Notes under the pieces: model-generated | The model's input: only the letters and a program-made list of their open reading frames with translations | The model's database searches: none | What the model was told of the DNA's origin: nothing | In this document: one piece after another, positions 30,417 to 40,508 of the stretch | Layout of the letters: every line of letters begins with the position of its first letter | Position numbering within the stretch: the first letter of the stretch is position 1 | From: Candidatus Sigynarchaeum calidifontis | GTDB taxonomy: Archaea > Asgardarchaeota > Lokiarchaeia > Sigyniarchaeales > Sigyniarchaeaceae | Length of the DNA stretch: 64,000 bases | Direction of reading: 5' to 3' | NCBI GenBank assembly: GCA_030587475.2 | Contig: JAUQYZ020000230.1 | Coordinates: 25,317 to 89,316 of the forward strand | Position numbers and translations under genes: made by a program

Positions 30417-31097
30417 ACGGTCTTCCAAGTTCCGTTCCAATTTAAAATTATAGATCCTCTGCCCAGTTCTCTTGCCTTCGATCGATCTCACGAATACCCG
30501 GATCAAGATGCTGGCGCCGTACATCAACACGATCACGGGAGACATGATAACTGCCTATTGAATCCGGGAACGTTTTCATTTTATGAACCCATTTTCGCTC
30601 TGGATCCGCGCACGATAAATTCGGTTAGAGATTGTCTGTAAGCGATTGCAAAAACCGGGAAAATGGTCATTCAAACCACTTATGATCTTCAGATCATCGA
30701 CGCGACCTATGACCGTTCTTCATTTTTTAACACGAATTCCCATCTCGTTGTATATAGAATTACACGTGACATTTTGAAGAATCCAAAATTGTTCATAAGC
30801 ATAAAACTTGTTGAAAAACATTATTCCAATTATCACGAAAAATATTATGGCCGGGTTAATGCTATCACGTTCATTTTCACCTATGAACATCTTTTTTTCT
30901 TGAGAGTGCACAAATTGAATGGCATCCCGCATAAACGAAGGTTTTACTTCCCCGTGTCGAAGATTATCGAAGAAAACTAATTCGGTAATCAAAATGGATA
31001 TATGGACTCCCTCCTTTTGTGGACAAAAACCACTTGCGGTCGGAATCATTCTTGCACGGCACATAGCAATCCTTATATTTGAAGCCGGGGGCTGGAA

Positions 31098-31643
31098 ATG
31101 CAAGAAACAAGACGGGAACTCGCGAAAGAATCCTATCTTTCCGAGGTTGCTTCGATCATCATCAATATTTTTGTCGGGCTCTGTTTAACGTTGTTGATCT
31201 TGCCGCGACAGAGTTTCGGGCAGATCGTGCTCATGGTACCCGCCATGATTTCGACGAGGGGAAACATTTCTGGATCTTTTTCTGCGCGCACGGCTCGCGA
31301 TCTGGTCATTGGTTCCTTCAGGCAAAACCATCACGAGAATATCTTATCCACGGTCGTGCTTACCATTGTCACAAGCGAGGTGATCGGTGGCTTGAGCTTG
31401 TGCATCGCCCTTTTGCTCAAACCAGGCTCTCTTTTACCCGTGCATTGTTTTTTATTGCTTCCACTCATTACCATGCTTCTAACCGTAGTGGTATCCATCC
31501 CGATTTCCACGGGCTTGAACACCATCGCTTTCAAGAAGGGGTTGAACCCGAGTAACGTGGTCCCACCAATCATGACCAGCGTGGACGACATTCTCGTGGT
31601 CGTGAACATGTTCATCGCTCTCGTAATATTGGGGGTGCCTTGA
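31098..31643 (+). CDS. MgtE-like integral membrane domain protein
   Basis: VPAMISTRGNISG and GLNPSNVVPPIMTSVDD. Confidence 0.85.
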   Translation: MQETRRELAKESYLSEVASIIINIFVGLCLTLLILPRQSFGQIVLMVPAMISTRGNISGSFSARTARDLVIGSFRQNHHENILSTVVLTIVTSEVIGGLSLCIALLLKPGSLLPVHCFLLLPLITMLLTVVVSIPISTGLNTIAFKKGLNPSNVVPPIMTSVDDILVVVNMFIALVILGVP

Positions 31644-32197
31644 TGCTGTCCTATTTTAAAAAGATCGTCCGAGAATCGAGCGGCGTGCTGATCGCTTGCA
31701 CGGTCATCACGATGGTGTGCGGGATTGCTCTTTCCGAGAGCGATGAATTGCTCTCTGCTATCCCTTTTCTCGTCTTGATCATGCCCGCCCAGAATGACGT
31801 CGTGGGTGACATGTGCCAGGTGCTCGTGGGCAGGCTGGCTTCGCATCTCTATATTGGGCTCGTTCCAGCACGGCTGTCGTTCACGCCTCGCGTCCGATAC
31901 GATTTCCAGTCTCTTTTCGTGGCATTGTTGTTAAGCGTATCGACCTTGCTCGCGGTGAACGTGATCGTTGCCACGATTTCCGGGATCGAGTTCGGTAACT
32001 TTTATAAAATCATCTTCGTCGTCTTCACCGCTGCCACCTTGTTATTTTCCATCATGTTCATCGTGCTCTTCACCGGTGCTATTTATATCTTCAAGCATAA
32101 CAAGGACCCGAACAATTTTTTAATCCCGATCACGACTTCATTGATCGACACGCTTTCTCCCATCTTCGTAGTATTGCTCGCGAGTATCGTCTTGTGA
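31640..32197 (+). CDS. MgtE-like integral membrane domain protein
   Basis: PAQNDVVGD and KDPNNFLIPITTSLID; 4-bp overlap with the previous gene. Confidence 0.85.
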   Translation: MMLSYFKKIVRESSGVLIACTVITMVCGIALSESDELLSAIPFLVLIMPAQNDVVGDMCQVLVGRLASHLYIGLVPARLSFTPRVRYDFQSLFVALLLSVSTLLAVNVIVATISGIEFGNFYKIIFVVFTAATLLFSIMFIVLFTGAIYIFKHNKDPNNFLIPITTSLIDTLSPIFVVLLASIVL

Positions 32198-32225
32198 AAC
32201 ATGCGGGCGTGGAGGCACACGAGAA

Positions 32226-33470
32226 ATGTCCAAATTAAAGAAAAAATTCAAACCAGCCCCGATATCCCTCAAAGAAATATTGCACGAAATGAAGACGAGC
32301 GTCGACGTCATGTTCGACCTTGCCTTTAGTGCCATCCTTTTCCAGAGCAAGGAAATCACGGAAGAGGCTGTAAATATCGACGATCGCGTCCACGAGCTAA
32401 CTGACCTGCTTGGCTACCAAGTCCTTCAAGCCAAGATAGGCCATTTTTCCGAATCGCGCAAGCTGGAGCCCGTCATCACGCTCGGCTATGCCATTGACAA
32501 GATATCCGAGGCACTTTCCGACATCGCGAAAGTCGTGCGCTTGAATGGCCACCTCGCGCAATTTTTCCAGCTTTGCTGGAAGGCTGATCCTGAACCCATC
32601 ATCAAGGTTGCCGTGTCCAGTGAGACCGCTTTCTGTGGCAAGAAATGGGACGACATCCCGTTCAAGGCGGATTACGGCGTGGATGTCATTGCCATCTACC
32701 ATGAGAAAAAATGGATTTTCGATGAAAAAGCGATCATCAATAAGGGAGACATCCTCATTGTTTCGGGGGAACTTCCTGCACTCGCCGAATTCAAGAAGAT
32801 CTGCAAGAGCGAAGAACCCATTTCCTTCGACTTGGAACGCAAGCAACCGATCGACTTGTTCGATCCCAACGACGAAAAAACGATGGCAGTCGTTAAGCGC
32901 TTGAAGGAAAATTACGTGAGAATCACTGATATGTCGGAAACGATAGTTGACCTCGCTTTCGCGTCATTATTTTTTGGCAATCTCGAGATTGCCGAGGATG
33001 TAATAGATCAAGAACATTTCATAGATAACTTGATCGTTGATTTGGAGCGAGACATACTCACGCTTGCAAAAATGATTCCCGTGCCGGAGCGCCTGCTTGG
33101 ACTCATGCGCATCGTGTTCTCGTGCGAGCTGATCTCCGACGCGGCTTCAAGCATCGCCGAAAATCTCCTCAAGGGATTTGAGCCCCACGAGGTGATCGTC
33201 GCAGCGTTTAGCGAGGCCTGGGATGTCGCCGTTCGGGAGGTCTTGGCGCCCGGTTCATTCCTCAAAGGAAAGACCGTCGCGGAGGTACACGTGCCAAAGC
33301 ATTCCAAGGGTTTTCATATCATCGCCATCAAGCGAGACAACGACTGGATCTACGACATCAAGATGGATTTCAAACTCCGCGCAGGAGACATCGTGATCGG
33401 CATCGGTCCCAAGGAACAGATCAATTTCTGGCGGACGCAAGTCAATCCAAATGCCGATGTGGATGATTGA
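32226..33470 (+). CDS. PhoU/TrkA-C (RCK-C) duplicated-domain protein
   Basis: Two repeats of a PhoU-like bundle (DLAFSA...EKIS/ELISD) plus TrkA-C (IIAIKR...GDIVIG). Confidence 0.85.
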   Translation: MSKLKKKFKPAPISLKEILHEMKTSVDVMFDLAFSAILFQSKEITEEAVNIDDRVHELTDLLGYQVLQAKIGHFSESRKLEPVITLGYAIDKISEALSDIAKVVRLNGHLAQFFQLCWKADPEPIIKVAVSSETAFCGKKWDDIPFKADYGVDVIAIYHEKKWIFDEKAIINKGDILIVSGELPALAEFKKICKSEEPISFDLERKQPIDLFDPNDEKTMAVVKRLKENYVRITDMSETIVDLAFASLFFGNLEIAEDVIDQEHFIDNLIVDLERDILTLAKMIPVPERLLGLMRIVFSCELISDAASSIAENLLKGFEPHEVIVAAFSEAWDVAVREVLAPGSFLKGKTVAEVHVPKHSKGFHIIAIKRDNDWIYDIKMDFKLRAGDIVIGIGPKEQINFWRTQVNPNADVDD

Positions 33471-33524
33471 TCTCGCTTTTTGATGATGCGTGAAAGTTTA
33501 ACCCGCGAATTCCTTCTTTTTCCC

Positions 33525-34052
33525 ATGGATGACCAACCTAGCGTTGATGACCTCTTGCGGCAAGGCTATGCGGAAGTGATCCGGGATTTTCCCTTGCCCG
33601 CATCTGAGCACGTGTGCTTCGGATGTTCCCCGACAAACCCGATCGGCATGAAGATGCATTTCTATGGCAAGCCTGGCGAGCCAGAAGTCGTAACCCGGCA
33701 TGTTGTCGGTGATAATTACTGCGGGTTTCCTGCATACGCGCACGGTGGCATCATTGCCTTGATGTTCGACGAGATCCTCGCCTATGCCTCCTACCACGTT
33801 CATCACCAGTTCGGCATGACGAAATCCCTGAGCGTGCAGTTCCACAAGCCCGTGGCCACGGGGAAGACCCATTTCATCAAAGCTCGCGTGTTAGAATCAA
33901 AAGAACGCCCCAACAAGGGGTATGACGTTTCCATCGAAGCTACGCTCCACCCGGGAACCGACGCAACGGCCAAGCCATGCGCGAGCGCCACGGGTGTCTA
34001 CGTCGTTCTAGCAGAGCAACGGCTCCTGAAAAACCTAAAGCAATCCACGTAG
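33525..34052 (+). CDS. PaaI-family hot-dog thioesterase
   Basis: CFGCSPTNPIG and AHGGIIALMFDE. Confidence 0.88.
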   Translation: MDDQPSVDDLLRQGYAEVIRDFPLPASEHVCFGCSPTNPIGMKMHFYGKPGEPEVVTRHVVGDNYCGFPAYAHGGIIALMFDEILAYASYHVHHQFGMTKSLSVQFHKPVATGKTHFIKARVLESKERPNKGYDVSIEATLHPGTDATAKPCASATGVYVVLAEQRLLKNLKQST

Positions 34053-34092
34053 CGAAGAAGAATTCGATGTTTATCGAACCGTTCTTGAACTG

Positions 34093-34112
34093 CTCATTCC
34101 TTTTGGAATGAG
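34093..34112. terminator. Hairpin between convergent genes
   Basis: CTCATTCC-TTTT-GGAATGAG perfect 8-bp stem; a T-tract follows at about 34168-34178. Confidence 0.45.
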
Positions 34113-34198
34113 GGAAGGCATTCCTTCTGTATCTTGAAGGGTATCATTGAAGATGAGAGAACACGGGCTTTTTTTTTTCGGCTGGGTAAAACACAACA

Positions 34199-35617
34199 CT
34201 ATTTTTCCCACAAGTAAATACATTTTCTCACCTCCTCCTTTCCGAAAGCACCCATCTGCTGGCTGCTATTTCCCTTGCCTGTTGGCAATTTGTCAATCTT
34301 CTTTAATCTCAGCCCCGCTTTTAGTGCAAACTCCGTGAGGATTAGATCAACTGGAATTACAACACCAGCAAATCGAACATTATCGTTTACATAGTAGATT
34401 TTTCCAGAGGTTTTCAAAACCCGAGCAAGTTCGAACATTATAAACGCGTGTTCGAGGAAATAATTATAGATCAATCTGAGAACATTTGGATTATTTAACT
34501 GCTTTTTCGCTTTCAGATCTTCAAAATGGGAGATGATTGCTTTTAAAACTTCATTATTCTGAAATGTATTCAATGCTTTATTGAAAATTTCCATTTTATT
34601 GTTTTGAACATATATATTCTTGATGAAATCGAGCTTCTCTTTGTTTTCTACAGTACATGATAAGAGATTCTGCCTCAAGGCACTCAAAGCACTCTCATCG
34701 ACTCCTAGAAATGCCAGTTCTAGGGCATACACTCTTGTATAATCGTACCTGTTCAAGTAAGGTGGAGATGTAATGATCAAATCGATGGAACCATCTGGAA
34801 TCGTCGGCAAGATCTGAAAATTTGATCCATGCTTGAGTTCCATTGAGTTTAATTTCCCTTTATTATGTACTGAATAGAATGATTGCAGATCCTCGATCAT
34901 GCATGCAATTTGCGTGTACAATGCCTTTTCAAAGTCAAGTATTTTATTCTTGGTATATTCTGCCTTGGGTTTTCCAGATCGAGTATCCCATCGTAAGAAT
35001 TGTCCTGCTTTTTCAGTATAACTAACTTTTTCAAGAATCGATAAACAAACGAATTTAAGAATTTCTTGTAATGCCGGATCAGTTATCACGTTTTTTATGT
35101 AAAAACGAAATGCGTTGATTTTTCTTTCTGTTTCAGGAGAAAAAGCCTTATCAGTAATTCTAACATGCTTAAAATTGGTCTCCTCGGATATTGGCATCTC
35201 CGCGAAATTTAGATCCTTTATTTGTCTTAGCAACCCCTTTAATACTTCTACGTCCATTTGTTCCGCTAGTAATCGAGCCTTAAATACAAATGGTCCCACG
35301 GGTAGCAATTCAATCCCAATTGAATCAAGCCCTCGCTCACGAGCACAGAATAACGTTGTACCAAGACCTGCAAAGGGATCAAGTAAAACGCCGTTTGTAA
35401 TGCCCGAATCTGTAATAAGATGGTTTACAAGTTTTGATGAAAAACCCTCTTGATACCTGTACCATCTGTAAAACGGCGCATTTTTATTTGCTTGTGAACT
35501 CACAAGTTGGCGATTTAGATTTGCATTTAAATGAATGAAATCCTGGTACCGGTCCTCCATCTCTTTGAGTAAACCTAAAAGGTGATCGGAAACTTTAATA
35601 TCGCTCGAGGTTTTCAT
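34199..35617 (-). CDS. Site-specific DNA methyltransferase, probably N4-cytosine
   Basis: LDPFAGLGTT SAM motif before the TSPPY catalytic motif. Markedly AT-rich relative to neighbours. Confidence 0.88.
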   Translation of the reverse strand: MKTSSDIKVSDHLLGLLKEMEDRYQDFIHLNANLNRQLVSSQANKNAPFYRWYRYQEGFSSKLVNHLITDSGITNGVLLDPFAGLGTTLFCARERGLDSIGIELLPVGPFVFKARLLAEQMDVEVLKGLLRQIKDLNFAEMPISEETNFKHVRITDKAFSPETERKINAFRFYIKNVITDPALQEILKFVCLSILEKVSYTEKAGQFLRWDTRSGKPKAEYTKNKILDFEKALYTQIACMIEDLQSFYSVHNKGKLNSMELKHGSNFQILPTIPDGSIDLIITSPPYLNRYDYTRVYALELAFLGVDESALSALRQNLLSCTVENKEKLDFIKNIYVQNNKMEIFNKALNTFQNNEVLKAIISHFEDLKAKKQLNNPNVLRLIYNYFLEHAFIMFELARVLKTSGKIYYVNDNVRFAGVVIPVDLILTEFALKAGLRLKKIDKLPTGKGNSSQQMGAFGKEEVRKCIYLWEK

Positions 35618-35801
35618 CTTGAAGCACGAAACGACGATCGATAAAACGCGATCGTATAAGTAGTTGAAGAATTCATAGATAATAACCCGTGTTTAATGCC
35701 ACGGTATTAACCAACATGACATTCTGTCATTTGGCAAATCATAATGCTAAGCATGGCAGAACATCATTATCATCAATCATCAAGCAAAGCATGTTCCATC
35801 T

Positions 35802-36884
35802 ATGGTTGGCCTTTCCTATTGTGACTTGTTCTGCGGCTGCGGCGGGTTCAGCGCCGGTTTTAAGGAGGCCGGTTTCCGGCCGCTCGGCGGCATCGATATG
35901 GACAAGATGGCGTGCGAGAGCTATAAAATAAATATCACGGGACGCGTTCGGAACGAGGACATAACCGGGGTGTTCGGCCTCGATTTCGCGCGGTGGCTCG
36001 GCGAGCGACCCGACATCGTGCTGGCATCGCCGCCTTGCGAGGGGTTTTCCGACGCGAACGTGAGCCGGATCGATGACGCGTGGGACCGGCTATATAATCC
36101 TCCCGGCTCGCTCACGATCGAGGCCATCGACTGGATTTGTGACCTCGATCCGAAGCTTGGCTTCATCATCGAGAACGTTCCCGCCATCGGCGAAGGGGCT
36201 CTTGCAGGATACATCGCTGACGAGTTGAAGCGTATTGGGTATAGCAAAGTATACTTCAACATGATCCGCGCCGAGCGGGTGGGGTCCCCCTCGAAGCGCC
36301 CTCGATTGTTCATCAGTAATATGAAATTCGAGGAGCCTCCCGAGATCCCCGCATACAACCGGTTCAAGAGGACAGCACTCGATGCGGGGAATGGTGATGT
36401 GAATGCCGGAGCGAGTGATGACTCGCAAGGCGAAGCCGGGATCGATGCCGGTGGCGCCGAAGAATCCTGTTATAGCCTCGTGACCGTGATGGATGCCCTT
36501 GCCGACTTGCCCGATCCTACCGCCATTCACGCCATCCCCGACCACGAACCCGCACCGATCTCTGCGACGCGAGAGAAAGAGATCGCGAACCTCAAGTGGG
36601 GCAAGTCGCTAATGCAGTTCGAGGGATCGAATGGTACGATGAAGAACACGTGGATCCGGGTGCATCCGTTCGATATTGCCCCGATCTTGATGGGTAAATC
36701 CACATTTATCCACCCGTTCGACAACCGGCAGCTCACGATCCGGGAATACGCGCGGCTTCAAGGTTTCCCAGACACGTTCTTGTTCTGCGGCGGCTTTTCC
36801 GAGAAGAAAAACCAGATCGGCGAGGCCGTCTCTCCCCTCGTGGCGTATTATCTCGCGCGGGTGATCGCGGACAAAACCACGTGA
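35802..36884 (+). CDS. DNA (cytosine-5)-methyltransferase
   Basis: DLFCGCGG, SPPCEGFS, IENV, R.RLF, REYARLQGFPD and QIGEAV. Confidence 0.93.
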   Translation: MVGLSYCDLFCGCGGFSAGFKEAGFRPLGGIDMDKMACESYKINITGRVRNEDITGVFGLDFARWLGERPDIVLASPPCEGFSDANVSRIDDAWDRLYNPPGSLTIEAIDWICDLDPKLGFIIENVPAIGEGALAGYIADELKRIGYSKVYFNMIRAERVGSPSKRPRLFISNMKFEEPPEIPAYNRFKRTALDAGNGDVNAGASDDSQGEAGIDAGGAEESCYSLVTVMDALADLPDPTAIHAIPDHEPAPISATREKEIANLKWGKSLMQFEGSNGTMKNTWIRVHPFDIAPILMGKSTFIHPFDNRQLTIREYARLQGFPDTFLFCGGFSEKKNQIGEAVSPLVAYYLARVIADKTT

Positions 36885-36899
36885 TAGATCGCGTGGCGT

Positions 36900-39800
36900 A
36901 TGGTATCGACAGAAGCGCGCCCTCGATCAACAATATATTGGCCATCGACGCAAGCTTCATTCATGCAAATAACGGCGCCTCTCCTCGAGATCGCACGATT
37001 TTCGGACCACGTGCTGAAAAACAAGGACCAGAACTGCATCGACCTCGTCTGGGCGGATCCCCGGGATATTTCTCTCGTTCACGTCGTGTTCGAGCCAAGT
37101 TTTGTCTATATTGGCACCCCCTCCCTCATCTCGGGAGTATATTACTGGAAGTACAATTGGCCGGAGAAACGGCCGCAAGCAATCGAGGGATCCGGCCAAT
37201 CCGGCTGGGAGGCGCGCGACGACTGGTACAAGGGCTCGTGGAAGGCAGCGGACATAACGAGCACCCGCCATCCAGGCGTGCCATTAACTTTATCCTTTAC
37301 ATTCAAGCCGATTGCATCGAAAGATTATCCTGTCACGTTCCGGCGCTCCCTCAAATTGCGCATCCAGTTCAACAAGAAGATCGTGGACATTGACAAGGTG
37401 AAAGATATCCGCGTGTACACGACAACGCTCTGCGCCCCGACAAGCTTCTCGATCTGCGTGGATCCCGGCTGGATCGACGTGAACAACATGTTCACCGCAA
37501 CCATCTGGAACGGCTATTTCACGACCAATGACAAGCCAATCGAGGACTTGAAGGTGGGTAGCGCGTTCGACACGCCCGTCACGCTGCTCGCGGCTTTGCC
37601 GTCGGAGCCGTGGTCGTTCGACTGCACCCAAGTGACTATCTGGATTCCGGGCCGCAAGCCCTTCACGTTCGCCATGGATGATCTGGTGCGCCAGGGATAT
37701 ATCTTCGTGCCTGCGATGCATGTCCTCGTGCGCGCCGAGGGCAGTCTCATGTTATTTAACCAGGCATGGAGCGACATCAAGTCCCGGCAAGCCGCGGCGA
37801 CTCACGAGCATCCCGGCACCCCGGAAACCCCAGCGTTGCTGGGCAAAAGCGTGTATGACAGATTGTTCGACCTTCCGGAACAAAAACTCGATCGTGCCCT
37901 CGAGAACTTCAAGGGGAAGCATCTTATGCATTTTATCCTCGGTTGTGAAGGAGTACGATCGAAATGCGCCCTTAGCATAGCAGGGAGCATCCATTCTGGG
38001 AACAGGTTCATCAAGAGAGTGGAAAGATCTGACACGCCAAGGGCAATCTGGAAAAAAGCAATGCTCAAGATCGCGAAAGTTGTCGCCGTCGATGATGAGC
38101 CCGCCGGGCTTGACTTGTCGACCACGCTCGAGAAACGGCACTTGTTGGACGGGTACATACCCGTGATGGTGTCGACGTGGAAACTTCCCCGTGGTGTCGT
38201 GCTCGAGCAAGAAGCCTATGCAACGCTGCTGCGCGGCACGGTGGTCGGGCAGCGTCCTATCGGCGACGATGACATCGTCGTGATGGAAAAGCTTACATTG
38301 AAAAACGAATCTACAACAGAACATGTGGTTTCTTTATCGTTAGTTTTTGGAGAATCCGACAGCATAAACGATGCCTCTCTCCCTGATCCTCTATTTGAAA
38401 ACATTACCTTGCAACCCGCGGTGAATGTCGCCGGACGGGTTTTAACCCTTTCCACGAGCTCGGGGAAGGAGTATCGATGTATGGTCGTCCCCGGGGATGA
38501 AAGTATGATCCTATCGGGCGAACAAGACAAGATCCCGTCTCTGGAGCTCAAGATGATTTTATCCCCTGGTTCGTCAAAAAGCGCTAACTTCAAGCTGCCC
38601 ATGCTTGCCATCGACGCGGCTGCAGTCGACAAGCATTTATCGAGCCTGGATCACGAGGGCGAGAAATTAAAGGTCGTTTCATACTGGAGAAACCGGTTAT
38701 CTAGTGCTGCATCGATAGAGGTTCCAAGCACTGATTTCAACGATTTTTACAAGGCACATCTATATCACGTGCTCGTGACGAATGACCGGGACGTGAACTC
38801 GGATCTCGTCTTCGGCCGGGTGGGTTCGCTGGTTTATGGGACGTTCGCCAACGAGGTGTGCATGGTCACGATGGATCTCGACCGGCGCGGGCTTCACGAC
38901 GAGGCGAAAAACATTCTCGAGGTTTTCATCAAATACCAGGGAACCAAAGGGTTACTCGGGGACTATGATGGCATCGACGGGATCTTTTTCGGCGCGGACG
39001 GTTACGAGAATGGCGAGGGATACAATCAAAATCATGGTTTCGTGCTGTGGGCGATGGTGGAACACGTGCGCTTGTCCGGTGACGTGGATTGGTTCAAGCG
39101 AAACGCGCTCGCCGTGATCAAGGGTTGCGACTGGATTGCCCGGGAACGTCGCATCTTCGATGAATCGATGGACGCCCGCAAGGCAATGGCGTTCAAGGGG
39201 ATGAACGAGGTGTACCGGGGATTGTTGCCGCCTGGTGGGGTCGAGGACGTGCAAGATTTCTGGTTCTGGCTTTCTACCAACGCGTATAACTGCTTCGGGA
39301 TGGCGCAAGCAGCGAGTATGCTGGAAGCTATTGCACACCCCGATTCGCCAAGAATAGTGGCGGAAGCGGCCGAATACGTCGCCTCGGTGAAAAAAGCTTT
39401 CGAATCCGCGATGCGTGCCTCGCCTGTCGTGGCATTGCGCGATGGCACGTTCGTGCCCCATTATCCTTGCAGATTGCCATGCCGGGGACGGGGCTACGGT
39501 TGGATCCAGGAAACGCTTGAAGGTGCCGTGCACCTGCTCCGGACTTGGATCGTGAACCCGTTCTCCAGCGAAGCCGCGTTCATAATGAAAGATTATGAGG
39601 ACAACTTGTTCTTATCTGAAAAATATGGATATCCTATCGTTGGTGATGAATTCGAGAAGCGATGGTTTAGCACTGGCGGCTTTAGCCAGCAACCCTTCTT
39701 GCTTTGCAATCCATGGCCATACGGCATGCGCGGCAACACGAAGCATTATCTCCGGGCCGTGCTGAACGCGTTTTCCGTGAACTACCGTTCGGACACGCGC

Positions 39801-40466
39801 ACGTTCTGCGAGCACCCGTTGCCAGGGCTACTCGACGTGCGCGGCGATTTTTTCAAGACATCGGACGAGGCGAATTTTTGCGGTTGCTTGCGAGACATGC
39901 TCGTGCAAGAAACCATCGCGAGCGTCGACGAGGTGCTCGAGGGTTGGGAAGGGAACCCCGACCAGCACCCGAACAGCGATGCGATGGAGACGCTGCACGC
40001 GCTCGGTTCCTGGGATCGCATGGATGGCCTCCGCGTGCTCTACCACGTGCCTCGCGAGTGGCTATCTAACGGGAAGGAGATCCACGCGCGCGGGCTGCCC
40101 ACGTATTTCGGAAAGGTCGATGTGGACATGGTTTCGAAGACCGGCGATGGCCGGGTGGACGTCAACGTGTCGATCGATCGCAGCACGGGTCGACGCGTCA
40201 ATCCCCGGCTGAAGGCCGTGTTCATCAAAATCAGGCACCCGGATCTTGCAACAAATATCACGCACCTCGTGCTCGAGCAGCTCGACGCGTCGAAAGAAGG
40301 CGCAGCCTTCAACCAGGTGCAGCCGAGTTTCGTGAGAGACCAAGCGTTCGGGATCGGGTTGATAGCAAGGCTCACGCCGTCGTGGACGCGTGTCGTGATC
40401 CGTGCCCGCGTTTTCTTTCGAGAACCGAGACCCGAAGAATTAGTCCCCAGCACGCTCGCATCGTGA
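36900..40466 (+). CDS. Large putative glycoside hydrolase, (alpha/alpha)6-barrel type
   Basis: 1188 aa; beta-rich N-terminus, then a helical region with YGTFANE, HGFVLW...H and GLLPPGGVED...W..TNAY resembling six-hairpin glycosidases. Confidence 0.5.
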   Translation: MVSTEARPRSTIYWPSTQASFMQITAPLLEIARFSDHVLKNKDQNCIDLVWADPRDISLVHVVFEPSFVYIGTPSLISGVYYWKYNWPEKRPQAIEGSGQSGWEARDDWYKGSWKAADITSTRHPGVPLTLSFTFKPIASKDYPVTFRRSLKLRIQFNKKIVDIDKVKDIRVYTTTLCAPTSFSICVDPGWIDVNNMFTATIWNGYFTTNDKPIEDLKVGSAFDTPVTLLAALPSEPWSFDCTQVTIWIPGRKPFTFAMDDLVRQGYIFVPAMHVLVRAEGSLMLFNQAWSDIKSRQAAATHEHPGTPETPALLGKSVYDRLFDLPEQKLDRALENFKGKHLMHFILGCEGVRSKCALSIAGSIHSGNRFIKRVERSDTPRAIWKKAMLKIAKVVAVDDEPAGLDLSTTLEKRHLLDGYIPVMVSTWKLPRGVVLEQEAYATLLRGTVVGQRPIGDDDIVVMEKLTLKNESTTEHVVSLSLVFGESDSINDASLPDPLFENITLQPAVNVAGRVLTLSTSSGKEYRCMVVPGDESMILSGEQDKIPSLELKMILSPGSSKSANFKLPMLAIDAAAVDKHLSSLDHEGEKLKVVSYWRNRLSSAASIEVPSTDFNDFYKAHLYHVLVTNDRDVNSDLVFGRVGSLVYGTFANEVCMVTMDLDRRGLHDEAKNILEVFIKYQGTKGLLGDYDGIDGIFFGADGYENGEGYNQNHGFVLWAMVEHVRLSGDVDWFKRNALAVIKGCDWIARERRIFDESMDARKAMAFKGMNEVYRGLLPPGGVEDVQDFWFWLSTNAYNCFGMAQAASMLEAIAHPDSPRIVAEAAEYVASVKKAFESAMRASPVVALRDGTFVPHYPCRLPCRGRGYGWIQETLEGAVHLLRTWIVNPFSSEAAFIMKDYEDNLFLSEKYGYPIVGDEFEKRWFSTGGFSQQPFLLCNPWPYGMRGNTKHYLRAVLNAFSVNYRSDTRTFCEHPLPGLLDVRGDFFKTSDEANFCGCLRDMLVQETIASVDEVLEGWEGNPDQHPNSDAMETLHALGSWDRMDGLRVLYHVPREWLSNGKEIHARGLPTYFGKVDVDMVSKTGDGRVDVNVSIDRSTGRRVNPRLKAVFIKIRHPDLATNITHLVLEQLDASKEGAAFNQVQPSFVRDQAFGIGLIARLTPSWTRVVIRARVFFREPRPEELVPSTLAS

Positions 40467-40508
40467 GCAAACGTCATTTATTTAACCATTTAAGGTGTGA
40501 TCCAGGGC

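Noticed and set aside
30663-31103. Overlapping AT-rich ORFs on both strands
   Set aside because: Neither has a motif or typical codon usage, and I cannot choose a real frame.
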